From positions 77,378 to 141,377 of the forward strand of contig CAYRRP010000003.1 of the NCBI GenBank assembly GCA_964426735.1: a DNA stretch of 64,000 nucleotides, written 5' to 3'. The stretch is from an uncultured Candidatus Saccharibacteria bacterium. Lineage in GTDB: Bacteria; Patescibacteriota; Minisyncoccia; Phycocordibacterales; DATDWN01. Both the position numbers and the translations under genes were made by a program. This document shows, piece by piece, positions 1-8,307 of the stretch (positions are counted from its first letter, which is position 1; the number at the start of each line of letters is the position of its first letter). The notes under the pieces are model-generated. The model saw only the letters and a program-made list of their open reading frames with translations, did no database searches and had not been told where the DNA came from.

Positions 1-1075
1 CTTTCTCTCCTGTTGTTGAGTTATAGATATATGAACCTGATTCTACAGTACCTGAGTACACACGGAAGAATGTCAGCTGTCCTACGAATGGGTCTGTCTG
101 GAGTTTGAAGGCAAGCGCAGCAAACGGTTCTTCATCAGACGCTTTTCGAGTAATCTCATCACCGGTTACTGGATCTGTTCCATGTACTGGTGGAATATCG
201 AGTGGACAAGGGAGATAGTCTACCACTGCATCAAGTACGAGCTGTACACCTTTGTTTTTAAGTGCTGAACCAGTAAATACAGGGAAAAGTTTGTTTGCAA
301 TAACCGCTTTTCGAATCACCGCTTTCAATTCATCAATTGAAAATTCTTTTCCTTCGAGATATCCAGACATCATTGCATCATCAAACTCCACTGCTTTTTC
401 TACAAGCTCTGCTCGATATTTGGTTGCGTCTGCCATGTATTCAGCAGGAATTTCTGCTTCTCTAATAGAGTTACCCATATCACCTTCAAAGTAATATGCT
501 TTCATCTTCAAAAGATCGATTACCGCTTCAAAGTTTGATTCTTCTCCAATTGGAAGCTGCATTCGCACTGCGTTTTTGTTGAGTCGCTCTACGATTGATT
601 TAAATGATCGGTCAAACGATCCTCCTGTTCGGTCAAGTTTGTTGATGAAACAGATTCGAGGTACGTGATATTTATCAGCTTGTCGCCATACAGTCTCAGA
701 CTGAGGCTCCACACCTGCCACACCGTCAAATACTACCACTCCACCGTCAAGCACCTTCAATGATCGCTCCACCTCTACGGTAAAGTCCACGTGACCAGGA
801 GTGTCGATGATATTGAATCGCTGTTTCTTTGATGTATTCGTACCCATATATGTTGGATTCCAGAAACAGGTAATAGCCGCAGCAGTGATCGTAATACCAC
901 GCTCTTTTTCCTGTTCCATCCAGTCAGTGGTTGCTGCACCATCGTGCACCTCACCGATTTTGTGAGACATACCTGTGTAATACAGGATACGTTCTGATGT
1001 AGTAGTCTTACCTGCATCAATGTGAGCAATAATACCGAAGTTTCGTACTCTCTCGAGTGGATAATCGCGATTCAT
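1..1075 (-). CDS. fusA: elongation factor G, N-terminal 358 aa; the 3' end of the gene lies beyond the window edge
   Basis: Manual translation of the minus strand from ATG at 1075..1073 gives [35 protein letters not shown]...DTPGHVDFT...NKLDR, the canonical EF-G GTPase motifs. It lies downstream of rpsL-rpsG in the str-operon order. The ORF-track hits inside it (252..494 +, 775..1029 -) are wrong-frame. Confidence 0.9.
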   Translation of the reverse strand, partial: MNRDYPLERVRNFGIIAHIDAGKTTTSERILYYTGMSHKIGEVHDGAATTDWMEQEKERGITITAAAITCFWNPTYMGTNTSKKQRFNIIDTPGHVDFTVEVERSLKVLDGGVVVFDGVAGVEPQSETVWRQADKYHVPRICFINKLDRTGGSFDRSFKSIVERLNKNAVRMQLPIGEESNFEAVIDLLKMKAYYFEGDMGNSIREAEIPAEYMADATKYRAELVEKAVEFDDAMMSGYLEGKEFSIDELKAVIRKAVIANKLFPVFTGSALKNKGVQLVLDAVVDYLPCPLDIPPVHGTDPVTGDEITRKASDEEPFAALAFKLQTDPFVGQLTFFRVYSGTVESGSYIYNSTTGEK

Positions 1076-1185
1076 ATATAAAATGATTAATGATTAAGTT
1101 GTACCTTATAAAAATCAACACGAAAAACCGTGAGATGATTTAATACCCCAAACTATATACTAAAAGTGCCCTGTGGGCAACTTAG

Positions 1186-1220
1186 TTGACATATATTTTG
1201 TACATGTTTAAATAGTCTTC
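1186..1220 (+). promoter_or_regulatory. sigma70-like promoter TTGACA-17nt-TAAATA, antisense to the str operon
   Basis: TTGACA at 1186-1191, a 17-nt spacer, TAAATA; it sits upstream of a GC-rich terminator-bounded region. Confidence 0.35.
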
Positions 1221-1226
1221 ATGCCT

Positions 1227-1505
1227 GTTCTTTCAACAACCACCCCCTCAGAGACAGTGTCTTTCGCTACAGACGAAGAAGCTTGGTACAATGGGAATCG
1301 CGTATTCATCGTCATGGAGGTAAGTCGCCGACTCAGACCCAACGAGCCCTCTTACAAAGTCCGCAAAGGACTCACCACCTTCACGGTCTCGCACAGCGAG
1401 CTCTCCCGGACAAGGCACTAGCACCTATTTCTCCAACCTCGCCTCCCCTTTACCGGGGAGGCGTCAACTTATACAAAAAGCACCCCGAGAAGGGTGTTTT
1501 TTTAT
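1227..1505 (+). ncRNA. candidate ~280-nt structured RNA in the rpsG-fusA spacer (unclassified)
   Basis: A 550-bp spacer lies between rpsG and fusA. Its central ~280 nt is GC-rich in an AT-rich genome. It is bounded by a consensus promoter and by a hairpin plus T7 terminator (1481-1503), and contains a second hairpin CTCCCC-TTTACC-GGGGAG. No RNase P, tmRNA or SRP signature motifs were found. The ORFs 1221..1421 and 1283..1513 have no recognisable similarity. Confidence 0.3.
1476..1504. terminator. bidirectional intrinsic terminator (CACCC-CGAGAA-GGGTG plus T7; A-run on the other side)
   Basis: A 5-bp GC stem is flanked by AAAAAG upstream and TTTTTTT downstream. Confidence 0.5.
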
Positions 1506-1630
1506 CTGGGTGAGGATTTTTGTTCGAGTTCGAAGGACGGAACTTTTCTCTTGACCAAGATGTAGATTGACTACTTCGCGGGAAAGAGAAAAGTGAGTAC
1601 CGAAGAAATCGGACAAAAAGACCAGCCAGA

Positions 1631-2101
1631 TTACCAGGCGAAGTGAGCAAACGCTTTGTTGGCTTCAGCCATCTTATGAGTGTTTTCTCGTTTCTTTACT
1701 GCTTCACCTTCATTTTTAGCTGCAAGCATGATTTCTTCCGCAAGCTTTTCTGCCATAGGAGAACCTTTTTTAGATCGAGCTGCTTCTACAATCCATTTCA
1801 TTGAAAGATAGTTTCGTCGCTCAGGTCGAACTTCTCGAGGGATTTGGTAGTTTGCACCTCCCACTCGTCGTGATCGTACTTCCATCAAAGGACCTGTGTT
1901 TTTGAGTGCTGTATCAAACACTTCCATAGGATCCTCTACCTTTGCCTTTTCTTTAATATTTTCGAGTGCACCGTATACGATACCTCGCGCAGTCTCCTTC
2001 TGACCTCGTTCCATTACATAGTTAATAAACTTAGAGATTTTCTCTGAGTTATATACGTGGTCGGGAGACACCATATTTCGATTTGTTACTTTTCGTCGCA
2101 T
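1631..2101 (-). CDS. rpsG: 30S ribosomal protein S7
   Basis: 156-aa ORF with typical S7 sequence (…GALENIKEKAKVEDPMEVFDTALKN…RVGGANYQIP…). Confidence 0.95.
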   Translation of the reverse strand: MRRKVTNRNMVSPDHVYNSEKISKFINYVMERGQKETARGIVYGALENIKEKAKVEDPMEVFDTALKNTGPLMEVRSRRVGGANYQIPREVRPERRNYLSMKWIVEAARSKKGSPMAEKLAEEIMLAAKNEGEAVKKRENTHKMAEANKAFAHFAW

Positions 2102-2181
2102 GTTTGTTTAGTCATTAGTCATTAGTTGATAGTCATGAGTTATTCTTCCTATGGACTGTCTACTATTGACTGTTATCTAGT

Positions 2182-2607
2182 TTATTTTTTAGCTGCTCCA
2201 CCTTTAGCTTTCTTAGCACCGTATCGACTTCGAGATTTACCTCGTTTGTCTACACCAGTCGCATCGAGTACACCTCGAACGATCTGATATCGAAGTCCTA
2301 CGTCTTTTACCTTTCCACCTCGGAGCATTACCACTGAGTGTTCCTGAAGTGTGTGACCCATACCTGGGATGTACGCAGTAACTTCCATACCGTTTGAAAG
2401 TCTTACTCGGGCAATCTTTCGAATCGCTGAGTTAGGCTTCTTTGGAGTCTTTGTGGTTACTTTTGTACAAACCCCTCGTTTAAAAGGTGATGAATAAAAA
2501 ATAGGTCGGTTCTTAAGTACGTTAAAACCGCGAGTAAGCGCAACAGAGCGCACTTTTCGCTTTACGTTTGAACGGCTTTTCTTTACTAATTGATTTATCG
2601 TTGACAT
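2182..2607 (-). CDS. rpsL: 30S ribosomal protein S12
   Basis: 141-aa [13 protein letters not shown]…PKKPNSA(I)RK…, the canonical S12. Confidence 0.95.
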   Translation of the reverse strand: MSTINQLVKKSRSNVKRKVRSVALTRGFNVLKNRPIFYSSPFKRGVCTKVTTKTPKKPNSAIRKIARVRLSNGMEVTAYIPGMGHTLQEHSVVMLRGGKVKDVGLRYQIVRGVLDATGVDKRGKSRSRYGAKKAKGGAAKK

Positions 2608-2794
2608 TGACCGTTATCCTAATACATTTGTACTAATATTGCAAGCTGTGTGCTTCTGGTACGTCCATATTTGACGAACTCCTTTATTGGACTGCAAAAA
2701 ATAATTTCCACCGTACAACGAGTACGTCTACAATTATTTTTCTGGTCCGCCTCGGATTTCAATCAAATCTGAACATCCTCCGAGTTAAACTTAT

Positions 2795-2839
2795 ACAAAA
2801 AAAGCCTTGTGCAGGAGGGAGCAAAGCTCCCTCCCACAA
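2795..2839 (-). terminator. intrinsic terminator for the M50 protease gene
   Basis: A 14-bp stem with a 2-nt bulge (TTGTG-CA-GGAGGGAGC / GCTCCCTCC-CACAA, loop AAA) is followed on the minus strand by a U-run. Confidence 0.6.
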
Positions 2840-2915
2840 CAAGACATCGATTTTTTCCGACCTTTAAGGGTCAGGCCTCCCGCAATCGTAGTTAGGAGGC
2901 TATTATAACATACAT

Positions 2916-2974
2916 AACCGAAGAACCGAAGAACCGAAGAACCGAAGAACCGAAGAACCGAAGAACCGATGAAC
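2916..2974. repeat. tandem octamer microsatellite (AACCGAAG)x6 plus a degenerate 7th copy
   Basis: A perfect 8-nt tandem repeat between the M50 gene stop and its terminator. It creates the artefactual ORF 2791..2979 (GSSVLRFF repeats). Confidence 0.9.
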
Positions 2975-3050
2975 TGCACAGTGCAGACTGAGAGCTTCAG
3001 ATGAAGCTTTCTGCAAAGAATAGTACACCCCCCTCAAAATTTGTCAAGTG

Positions 3051-3671
3051 CTACATCCCTACTCCAGTAATCATCTTAAAAAAGAAACTTACCACCGGGG
3101 AAAGGAACTGAGACAAGAAAAACACAAAGAAAATGAGGATTGTGATACTGTAAGCTTCCATAGTAGTTCTGATATGTGCCATGTTGTAAGGCAAAAAGGC
3201 AAAAAGTATCTTTGATCCATCAAGTGGTGGGATAGGTACCAGGTTAAAACACGCAAGAACAAGGTTAATTATCGTGATAGTAGCTGATATATGAATAAAA
3301 TCACTCGATAGCGTCAAAATGCCAGTAGATGCAAGTCGGATAATAAGCCCGAAAAACACTGCAATACATATATTAATGAATGGCCCCGCAAAAGCGACAA
3401 TAGCTTCGCCCCATTTTTGATTCCTCAAGTTATAGGGATTAAACGGCACAGGCTTTGCCCAGCCGATGATGAATCCCCCAAGCTGATATGACAAGAATGG
3501 GAGAATCACAGACCCAAACCACTCTAAATGCTTAAGTGGATTGAGAGTGAGGCGTCCCTGGAAGCGAGCTGTATTGTCCCCTTGCAGATACGCTGCATAC
3601 CCATGAGCTACTTCATGGGCAACCACTGAAAACATTAGTATAAGTAATGAAAAGATAAAATCGATTTGCAT
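3051..3671 (-). CDS. site-2 protease family (peptidase M50) zinc metalloprotease, membrane
   Basis: HEVAHG (HExxH) sits in the first TM helix, the protein is polytopic and hydrophobic, and there is an LDG motif. Confidence 0.8.
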   Translation of the reverse strand: MQIDFIFSLLILMFSVVAHEVAHGYAAYLQGDNTARFQGRLTLNPLKHLEWFGSVILPFLSYQLGGFIIGWAKPVPFNPYNLRNQKWGEAIVAFAGPFINICIAVFFGLIIRLASTGILTLSSDFIHISATITIINLVLACFNLVPIPPLDGSKILFAFLPYNMAHIRTTMEAYSITILIFFVFFLSQFLSPVVSFFFKMITGVGM

Positions 3672-3711
3672 ATTGGTAAAATTATGCTACCATATTCCCA
3701 CATACAAATAT

Positions 3712-3954
3712 ATGGCTAAAGCATGTCCAATAACTAAAAAGAGTTCTCAGCTCCAGGGCGGATACTCAAACCGAACTCGTGCAACCAAGTTCAACCCAAC
3801 TGGTATCGTACGAAAATACGCAAATCTTCAGAAAAAGAAGATCTATATTCCTGAACTCAAAAAGAGTATCACTATGGAGCTCTCTACTCGAGCGATCAAG
3901 ACTATGCAGAAGAATGGCGTGTATGCGACCCTCAAAAAAGCTAACTTGGTGTAG
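3712..3954 (+). CDS. rpmB: 50S ribosomal protein L28
   Basis: MAKACPITKKSSQLQGGYSNRTRATKFNPTGIVRKYANLQKKKIYIPEL… matches the L28 family pattern (C..TGK…N.SH…KR.F.PNLQ). The start is taken at the internal Met, not the ORF-track 3673. Confidence 0.8.
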   Translation: MAKACPITKKSSQLQGGYSNRTRATKFNPTGIVRKYANLQKKKIYIPELKKSITMELSTRAIKTMQKNGVYATLKKANLV

Positions 3955-4112
3955 CAAATAACGGCTCTGGTCTTTTTCTCGCATCTCATCTTCTAAAATT
4001 GTAAAAATAATTCTCACCTGCGCACTCAGGCAGGTTCAAATTATTTTTAAATTTTATAAGCGACCTGCGCGAAAAATCCTCAAAGATTCTTTATATGATA
4101 TAATATGCGCAT

Positions 4113-4349
4113 ATGAAGGAAAATAAGGCAAAAGAACAAATATTTTCTGTAATCTACGAACCTGCACCAGAAGGTGGTTTTGTTGTGTCTGTACCGAGTC
4201 TACCTGGTTGTTACTCTGAAGGAGAGACTTTAGAAGAAGCTCAGAAAAATATCCAAGAAGCTATTGAACTCTATATTGAAAATTCAAAAGAAATCACCAA
4301 CTCCCATCATATAAATCCTATTATTGGCACTGTTTCGGTATATGCCTAA
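4113..4349 (+). CDS. hicB: HicB-family antitoxin
   Basis: …YEPAPEGGFVVSVPSLPGCYSEGETLEEAQKNIQEAIELY… is the HicB/UPF0150 signature. Confidence 0.8.
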   Translation: MKENKAKEQIFSVIYEPAPEGGFVVSVPSLPGCYSEGETLEEAQKNIQEAIELYIENSKEITNSHHINPIIGTVSVYA

Positions 4350-4548
4350 AATACCTCTTCTCACAGATAAAGAGATTATTAGTTTGATTGAAAAGCAAGG
4401 TTTCGTATTCCTCCGACAAAAAGGTAGTCATAAAATCTTTCGGAAAGAAGGAAAGAGTATTGTCGTACCTTGTCACAACAAACAGCTCAAACGAGGTCTT
4501 ACAGCAAAAATCTTAAAAGATGCAGGTATTGATCCGGAAAAACTCTGA
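4342..4548 (+). CDS. hicA: HicA-family mRNA interferase toxin
   Basis: …LIEKQGFVFLRQKGSHKIF…VVPCHNKQLKRGLTAKILKDAGI… is the HicA/YcfA signature. It overlaps the hicB stop by 8 nt. Confidence 0.8.
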   Translation: MPKIPLLTDKEIISLIEKQGFVFLRQKGSHKIFRKEGKSIVVPCHNKQLKRGLTAKILKDAGIDPEKL

Positions 4549-4555
4549 AAGCACG

Positions 4556-5431
4556 CTACTTTCTTATAAATCTTTTTCCATCTGACTCAAACACAATCGT
4601 CCCCTCATCCATCGTCACTAAAATCTCCACGTTGTTACTTTTTAAGGTCTCAAGTGTGGCTTGTTTTGGATGTCCGTATGAATTATCTTTTCCAGCAGAA
4701 ATAATCGCAACCTCCGGACTGACTGCTTTTACAAACTCATCTCCTGTTGATGTGTCTGAACCATGATGCGCCACCTTGAGTATATCGGCATCTACATACT
4801 CTTTATATTGGCTTACAATATACTGCTCTATATTTTTTGTCGTATCACCTGTCAACATAATAGACGTATCTTTATACACAAGTCGTGCAACAAGAGAACC
4901 TTCGTTATGTGACACATCTTCGACATCTCTATCAGGGAAGATAATATCAATATATGCACCTCCTCCAAGCAAAATCTTTTGCCCTGTTCGCCCAATCAAC
5001 ACAGGAATCTCTTGTTCTACAAGAATACGCTTAAATTCTTGATATATTGGATTATTGTCAGCTTTCACACCAGGCTCAAGGACTGCTTCAACATCGTACC
5101 GCGACAGAAGCGGTATAAAACCTTCAAAATGATCCCTATCAGGATTAGTTACGATAATCATGTCTATACTTCTATCAATCAGTGGCATTTGTGTAGCAAC
5201 TTCAGAGACAAGCGCACTGCCTGGTCCACCATCAATCACAACCTGATTGCCTGTCGGTGACTCAATAAAAATAGCATCACCTTGTCCTACATCAAGAAAT
5301 GCAACTCGAAGTGGACGTTCTCGTGTTTGAAATACAAAAAATAATACTGCAATTACACACACAAAAAGTGTAAAGAGTGTATATATTTTCCAATAGGTAT
5401 GGATATTTTCTTTAATCCAGTTTTTATTCAT
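4556..5431 (-). CDS. ComEC/Rec2-type metallo-beta-lactamase domain protein (stand-alone, N-terminal TM anchor)
   Basis: DVGQGDA and HHGSDTST(G) motifs typical of the ComEC C-terminal MBL domain. An N-terminal hydrophobic helix is present. Confidence 0.75.
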   Translation of the reverse strand: MNKNWIKENIHTYWKIYTLFTLFVCVIAVLFFVFQTRERPLRVAFLDVGQGDAIFIESPTGNQVVIDGGPGSALVSEVATQMPLIDRSIDMIIVTNPDRDHFEGFIPLLSRYDVEAVLEPGVKADNNPIYQEFKRILVEQEIPVLIGRTGQKILLGGGAYIDIIFPDRDVEDVSHNEGSLVARLVYKDTSIMLTGDTTKNIEQYIVSQYKEYVDADILKVAHHGSDTSTGDEFVKAVSPEVAIISAGKDNSYGHPKQATLETLKSNNVEILVTMDEGTIVFESDGKRFIRK

Positions 5432-5577
5432 AGCTATGATATAGTATAACAGTTCAATTAAATTACGGAATGAATCCTGTTAGAAATCACGGAAATCAAT
5501 ATAACGGGAAATAATATATTATTAGTTTAACTTTATAGGAAACATAAACCACTTTATGATTTCCTATTTCTAATGAG

Positions 5578-6171
5578 ATGAAAACATTTGAAGAAATGAA
5601 ATTTAATATCGGCGAGCTTATCGGTATTTCTACCGACTCAGTTACCGAACACCTCAAGCTCTACGCTGGATATGTAAAACATGCCAACCTTATCATTTCT
5701 AAAATCGAAGAAATGAGTAAAGATTCAGAAACAAATGCATATGCACTTGGCGAGCTTCAACGACGTTTTGGTTTTGAATTTGATGGTATGAGAAATCACG
5801 AATATTATTTCAAATCACTCGTTGGTGGTGCAACAGCAATCACCGAAGGTGGCGCGCTTCATACTGCAATCGTTGAAGAATTCGGTTCGTTTGATGCATG
5901 GTTTGCACGTTTTAAAGCAGTAGCACTCACTCGTGGTATTGGCTGGGCAATGCTCTACTACGATAAAACAACTGGACGACTTTTAAATGCATGGGTAGAC
6001 GAACAACACCTCGGACATCTCACCGGACTCTCACCTATTCTTGCGCTTGATGTATGGGAACATGCATTTGTACCTGACTACAAAGCATCTGGGAAAAAAG
6101 CATACGTTGAAGATTTTTTCAAAAATCTCAATTGGTCTGTGATTGAAGAAAATTTCAAAAACGCACAATAG
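5578..6171 (+). CDS. sod: Fe/Mn-family superoxide dismutase (divergent)
   Basis: C-terminal motif ALDVWEHAF (the DVWEHAYY signature carrying the Asp/His ligands), NHxxYF, and an N-terminal His in EHLKLY. Confidence 0.7.
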   Translation: MKTFEEMKFNIGELIGISTDSVTEHLKLYAGYVKHANLIISKIEEMSKDSETNAYALGELQRRFGFEFDGMRNHEYYFKSLVGGATAITEGGALHTAIVEEFGSFDAWFARFKAVALTRGIGWAMLYYDKTTGRLLNAWVDEQHLGHLTGLSPILALDVWEHAFVPDYKASGKKAYVEDFFKNLNWSVIEENFKNAQ

Positions 6172-6193
6172 TTGACTTGTGGCGTGTTTATAT

Positions 6194-6214
6194 ATAGTCT
6201 CTACTATAGACTAT
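6194..6214 (+). terminator. hairpin ATAGTCT-ctactat-AGACTAT followed by a T-rich tract, probable sod terminator
   Basis: A 7-bp stem lies 23 nt after the sod stop and is followed by ttttcattttt. Confidence 0.35.
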
Positions 6215-6520
6215 GCAGGATTTTCATTTTTACAACATCTTGCTCGAGTTTATGTTGAGAGGACCGGTAAATGTCGCAGCACCTTGTACACCTGTGGTCG
6301 ACCCTTTCTCGACTATCCTCGAGGATGCAGTCTCCGCAGTAAATACGTGCATCCAAAAAACCCCTCTTAACAAACAAGAAAAACAACATAACACATCCCG
6401 TCGACGAGCATTACGCGAAAGTCGAGGGAGGGTTTACAGAAAACTCTGACACATGATGTGTTGGAGTTTTTTCTTGCATATAGAAAATATTTTGATAGTG
6501 TGTAACAAGGAGTCACTACG

Positions 6521-6754
6521 ATGAAAGATAACGGTACTGAAGACTTAGAGATGTTCCCTGAAGATCTCGAGTCAGATATTTTCTCAATTATGGGCTACTT
6601 AGCTCAGGAGCTATCGCCACACACCACGCCTGAAGGATTGGTTGAGAATTGTGCACGCGCAACAGGTGTCAGCCCACACTTTGTTCGCGAACTTCTTGTG
6701 GATTGCAGACGTGAATTTTTTAGCAAACTGGTTGTAAAAACACAAGCACCTTAA
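6521..6754 (+). CDS. small acidic hypothetical protein (77 aa)
   Basis: A good RBS AAGGAG lies 7 nt upstream of the ATG. No recognised domain. Confidence 0.5.
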   Translation: MKDNGTEDLEMFPEDLESDIFSIMGYLAQELSPHTTPEGLVENCARATGVSPHFVRELLVDCRREFFSKLVVKTQAP

Positions 6755-8307
6755 TATCCCACAACCGAATCATCCCCTGAGCGTGGCTCCGCCACACTCA
6801 GGTTTTGTTTTTTATGAAAACGATAGAGAATGAAACCAAAAACTACATAACATACAACTAACCAAAACACAGGAATGTATGGTACATGAATATTTGCAAA
6901 CGGAAGTTTTGAAACACTTTCCGCAATAAATATATCCCACGAGAGAAGAAGATATGTTGGTATTCCTGGAATCAATCCCAAAAAACGTGAGACGAAGCCA
7001 GCTATCGCCGTACAGAAACCGAGAAGCATGGTCAGTGGTACAAATGGAAGTACGACAAAGTTTGCAGGAAATGCAAACACTCCAAAATTTCCAGACATGT
7101 ACACAATATATGGAAGCACAGAAAACTGAGCTCCCAGTGTGGTTGCAGACAATTCCCTTAGTCCATATTTTTCAGTAATAAAAGAAATATGTTTTAAAAC
7201 AATCGGTGCAACATACATCACACCAATAGTTGCTAACACAGATAGATGGAATGATGGATCATATAACAATATAAATGGATTCCACATAACCATCCCCCAT
7301 ACCGCAAGCAGTAGTGCACGTGACACATTGTACGTCTTATGGAATTGCTTCCCTAAAAGCGCAATACTCGCCATAATACCTGCGCGCACTGCTGAAGCTC
7401 CACTCCCTGCCATCAATACAAAAAATATAACACCAAAAAGTGATGCTCCAAATGCAAAACGTACTGACACATATTTCATTACCACCAAAATACTTTCAGC
7501 AACAACTGTAATGTTATACCCTGACAATACGATAATATGCGAAAGTCCTGCCGTCCTAAACTGATCTGTAATAGTTTTTGGTAATGCATCAGTCCCCAAC
7601 AAAATTCCCGCCAAAAGCCCTGCTTCCGGCTCAGGAACCACATTTCTGATTGACTCTACAAATCGACGCTTTAAACCAAAAAGTATCGTAAGGATACTCT
7701 TGCCCTCTTCTCCTATTTTCTTAATTGATGCAAAAGAGAGTGTGTGCGTAATAGAGTCTTTAAATAGATACATTTGATAATCAAACATTCTTCCATCATC
7801 CGCCTCGATGCGCCCAGGCACACGAAGTGTCCCCGTAGCCACGACATAATCACCGTACGAAAATTCTGGAAATGCATGTGTACTTAAAAGAACACGAGTA
7901 TCGACTTGTTTAGTGGTGCTCCCAAAAGAAACTTTATCTACACGAAGCATGACTTTCTGCTTTTCTCCATCGGAGACCGGCTCACGCACCACCACTCCAT
8001 GAAGGGCTATATTTTTTGATTCTTGTGTAGGTAGATTTTTTATATCAGGATAGGAAATCATAAACACACGCAGCTGACCGACACACAACCCAATAAAAAA
8101 TATAATCAAAAGATGGGAAACTTTTCGGACATCTTCTGTCTTGGAAAATTTTGCATACACACCAAGTACACCCGCACACAAGAAACACGCTACACACAAA
8201 GCAACAGAGAGATGTATGAATGAAACAGCAACCCCTACCAAACTGGAAATAAAAAACAGTAACATACTGTTACCGTTTCTTAAACTCACTGATAATATTC
8301 TGCTCAT
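6751..8307 (-). CDS. comEC: ComEC/Rec2 competence channel-domain protein (DUF4131 plus Competence domain, no MBL domain)
   Basis: Polytopic membrane protein with the GLSHIIVLSGYNITVV motif (cf. GLSHLLAISGLHV) and many TM helices. The MBL domain is encoded separately at 4556..5431. Confidence 0.8.
   Translation of the reverse strand: MSRILSVSLRNGNSMLLFFISSLVGVAVSFIHLSVALCVACFLCAGVLGVYAKFSKTEDVRKVSHLLIIFFIGLCVGQLRVFMISYPDIKNLPTQESKNIALHGVVVREPVSDGEKQKVMLRVDKVSFGSTTKQVDTRVLLSTHAFPEFSYGDYVVATGTLRVPGRIEADDGRMFDYQMYLFKDSITHTLSFASIKKIGEEGKSILTILFGLKRRFVESIRNVVPEPEAGLLAGILLGTDALPKTITDQFRTAGLSHIIVLSGYNITVVAESILVVMKYVSVRFAFGASLFGVIFFVLMAGSGASAVRAGIMASIALLGKQFHKTYNVSRALLLAVWGMVMWNPFILLYDPSFHLSVLATIGVMYVAPIVLKHISFITEKYGLRELSATTLGAQFSVLPYIVYMSGNFGVFAFPANFVVLPFVPLTMLLGFCTAIAGFVSRFLGLIPGIPTYLLLSWDIFIAESVSKLPFANIHVPYIPVFWLVVCYVVFGFILYRFHKKQNLSVAEPRSGDDSVVGY

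Noticed and set aside
252-1029. ORF-track ORFs 252..494 (+) and 775..1029 (-) inside the fusA region
   Set aside because: They lie within the long, clearly EF-G-coding frame of the minus strand that starts at ATG 1075..1073. They are a wrong-strand and a wrong-frame artefact.
1221-1650. Small ORFs 1221..1421, 1283..1513 (+) and 1450..1650 (-) in the rpsG-fusA spacer
   Set aside because: No similarity. The composition is Arg/Pro/Ser-rich and the ORFs overlap. The region has promoter, hairpin and terminator architecture that is better explained by a non-coding RNA.
2916-2974. Possible CRISPR array
   Set aside because: The repeats are 8 nt and directly abutting with no spacers. It is a microsatellite, not a CRISPR. 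No cas genes are in the window.
2791-2979. 62-aa ORF on the minus strand with a GSSVLRFF repeat
   Set aside because: It is generated entirely by reading through the AACCGAAG octamer microsatellite. It has no start context and lies between a stop codon and its terminator.
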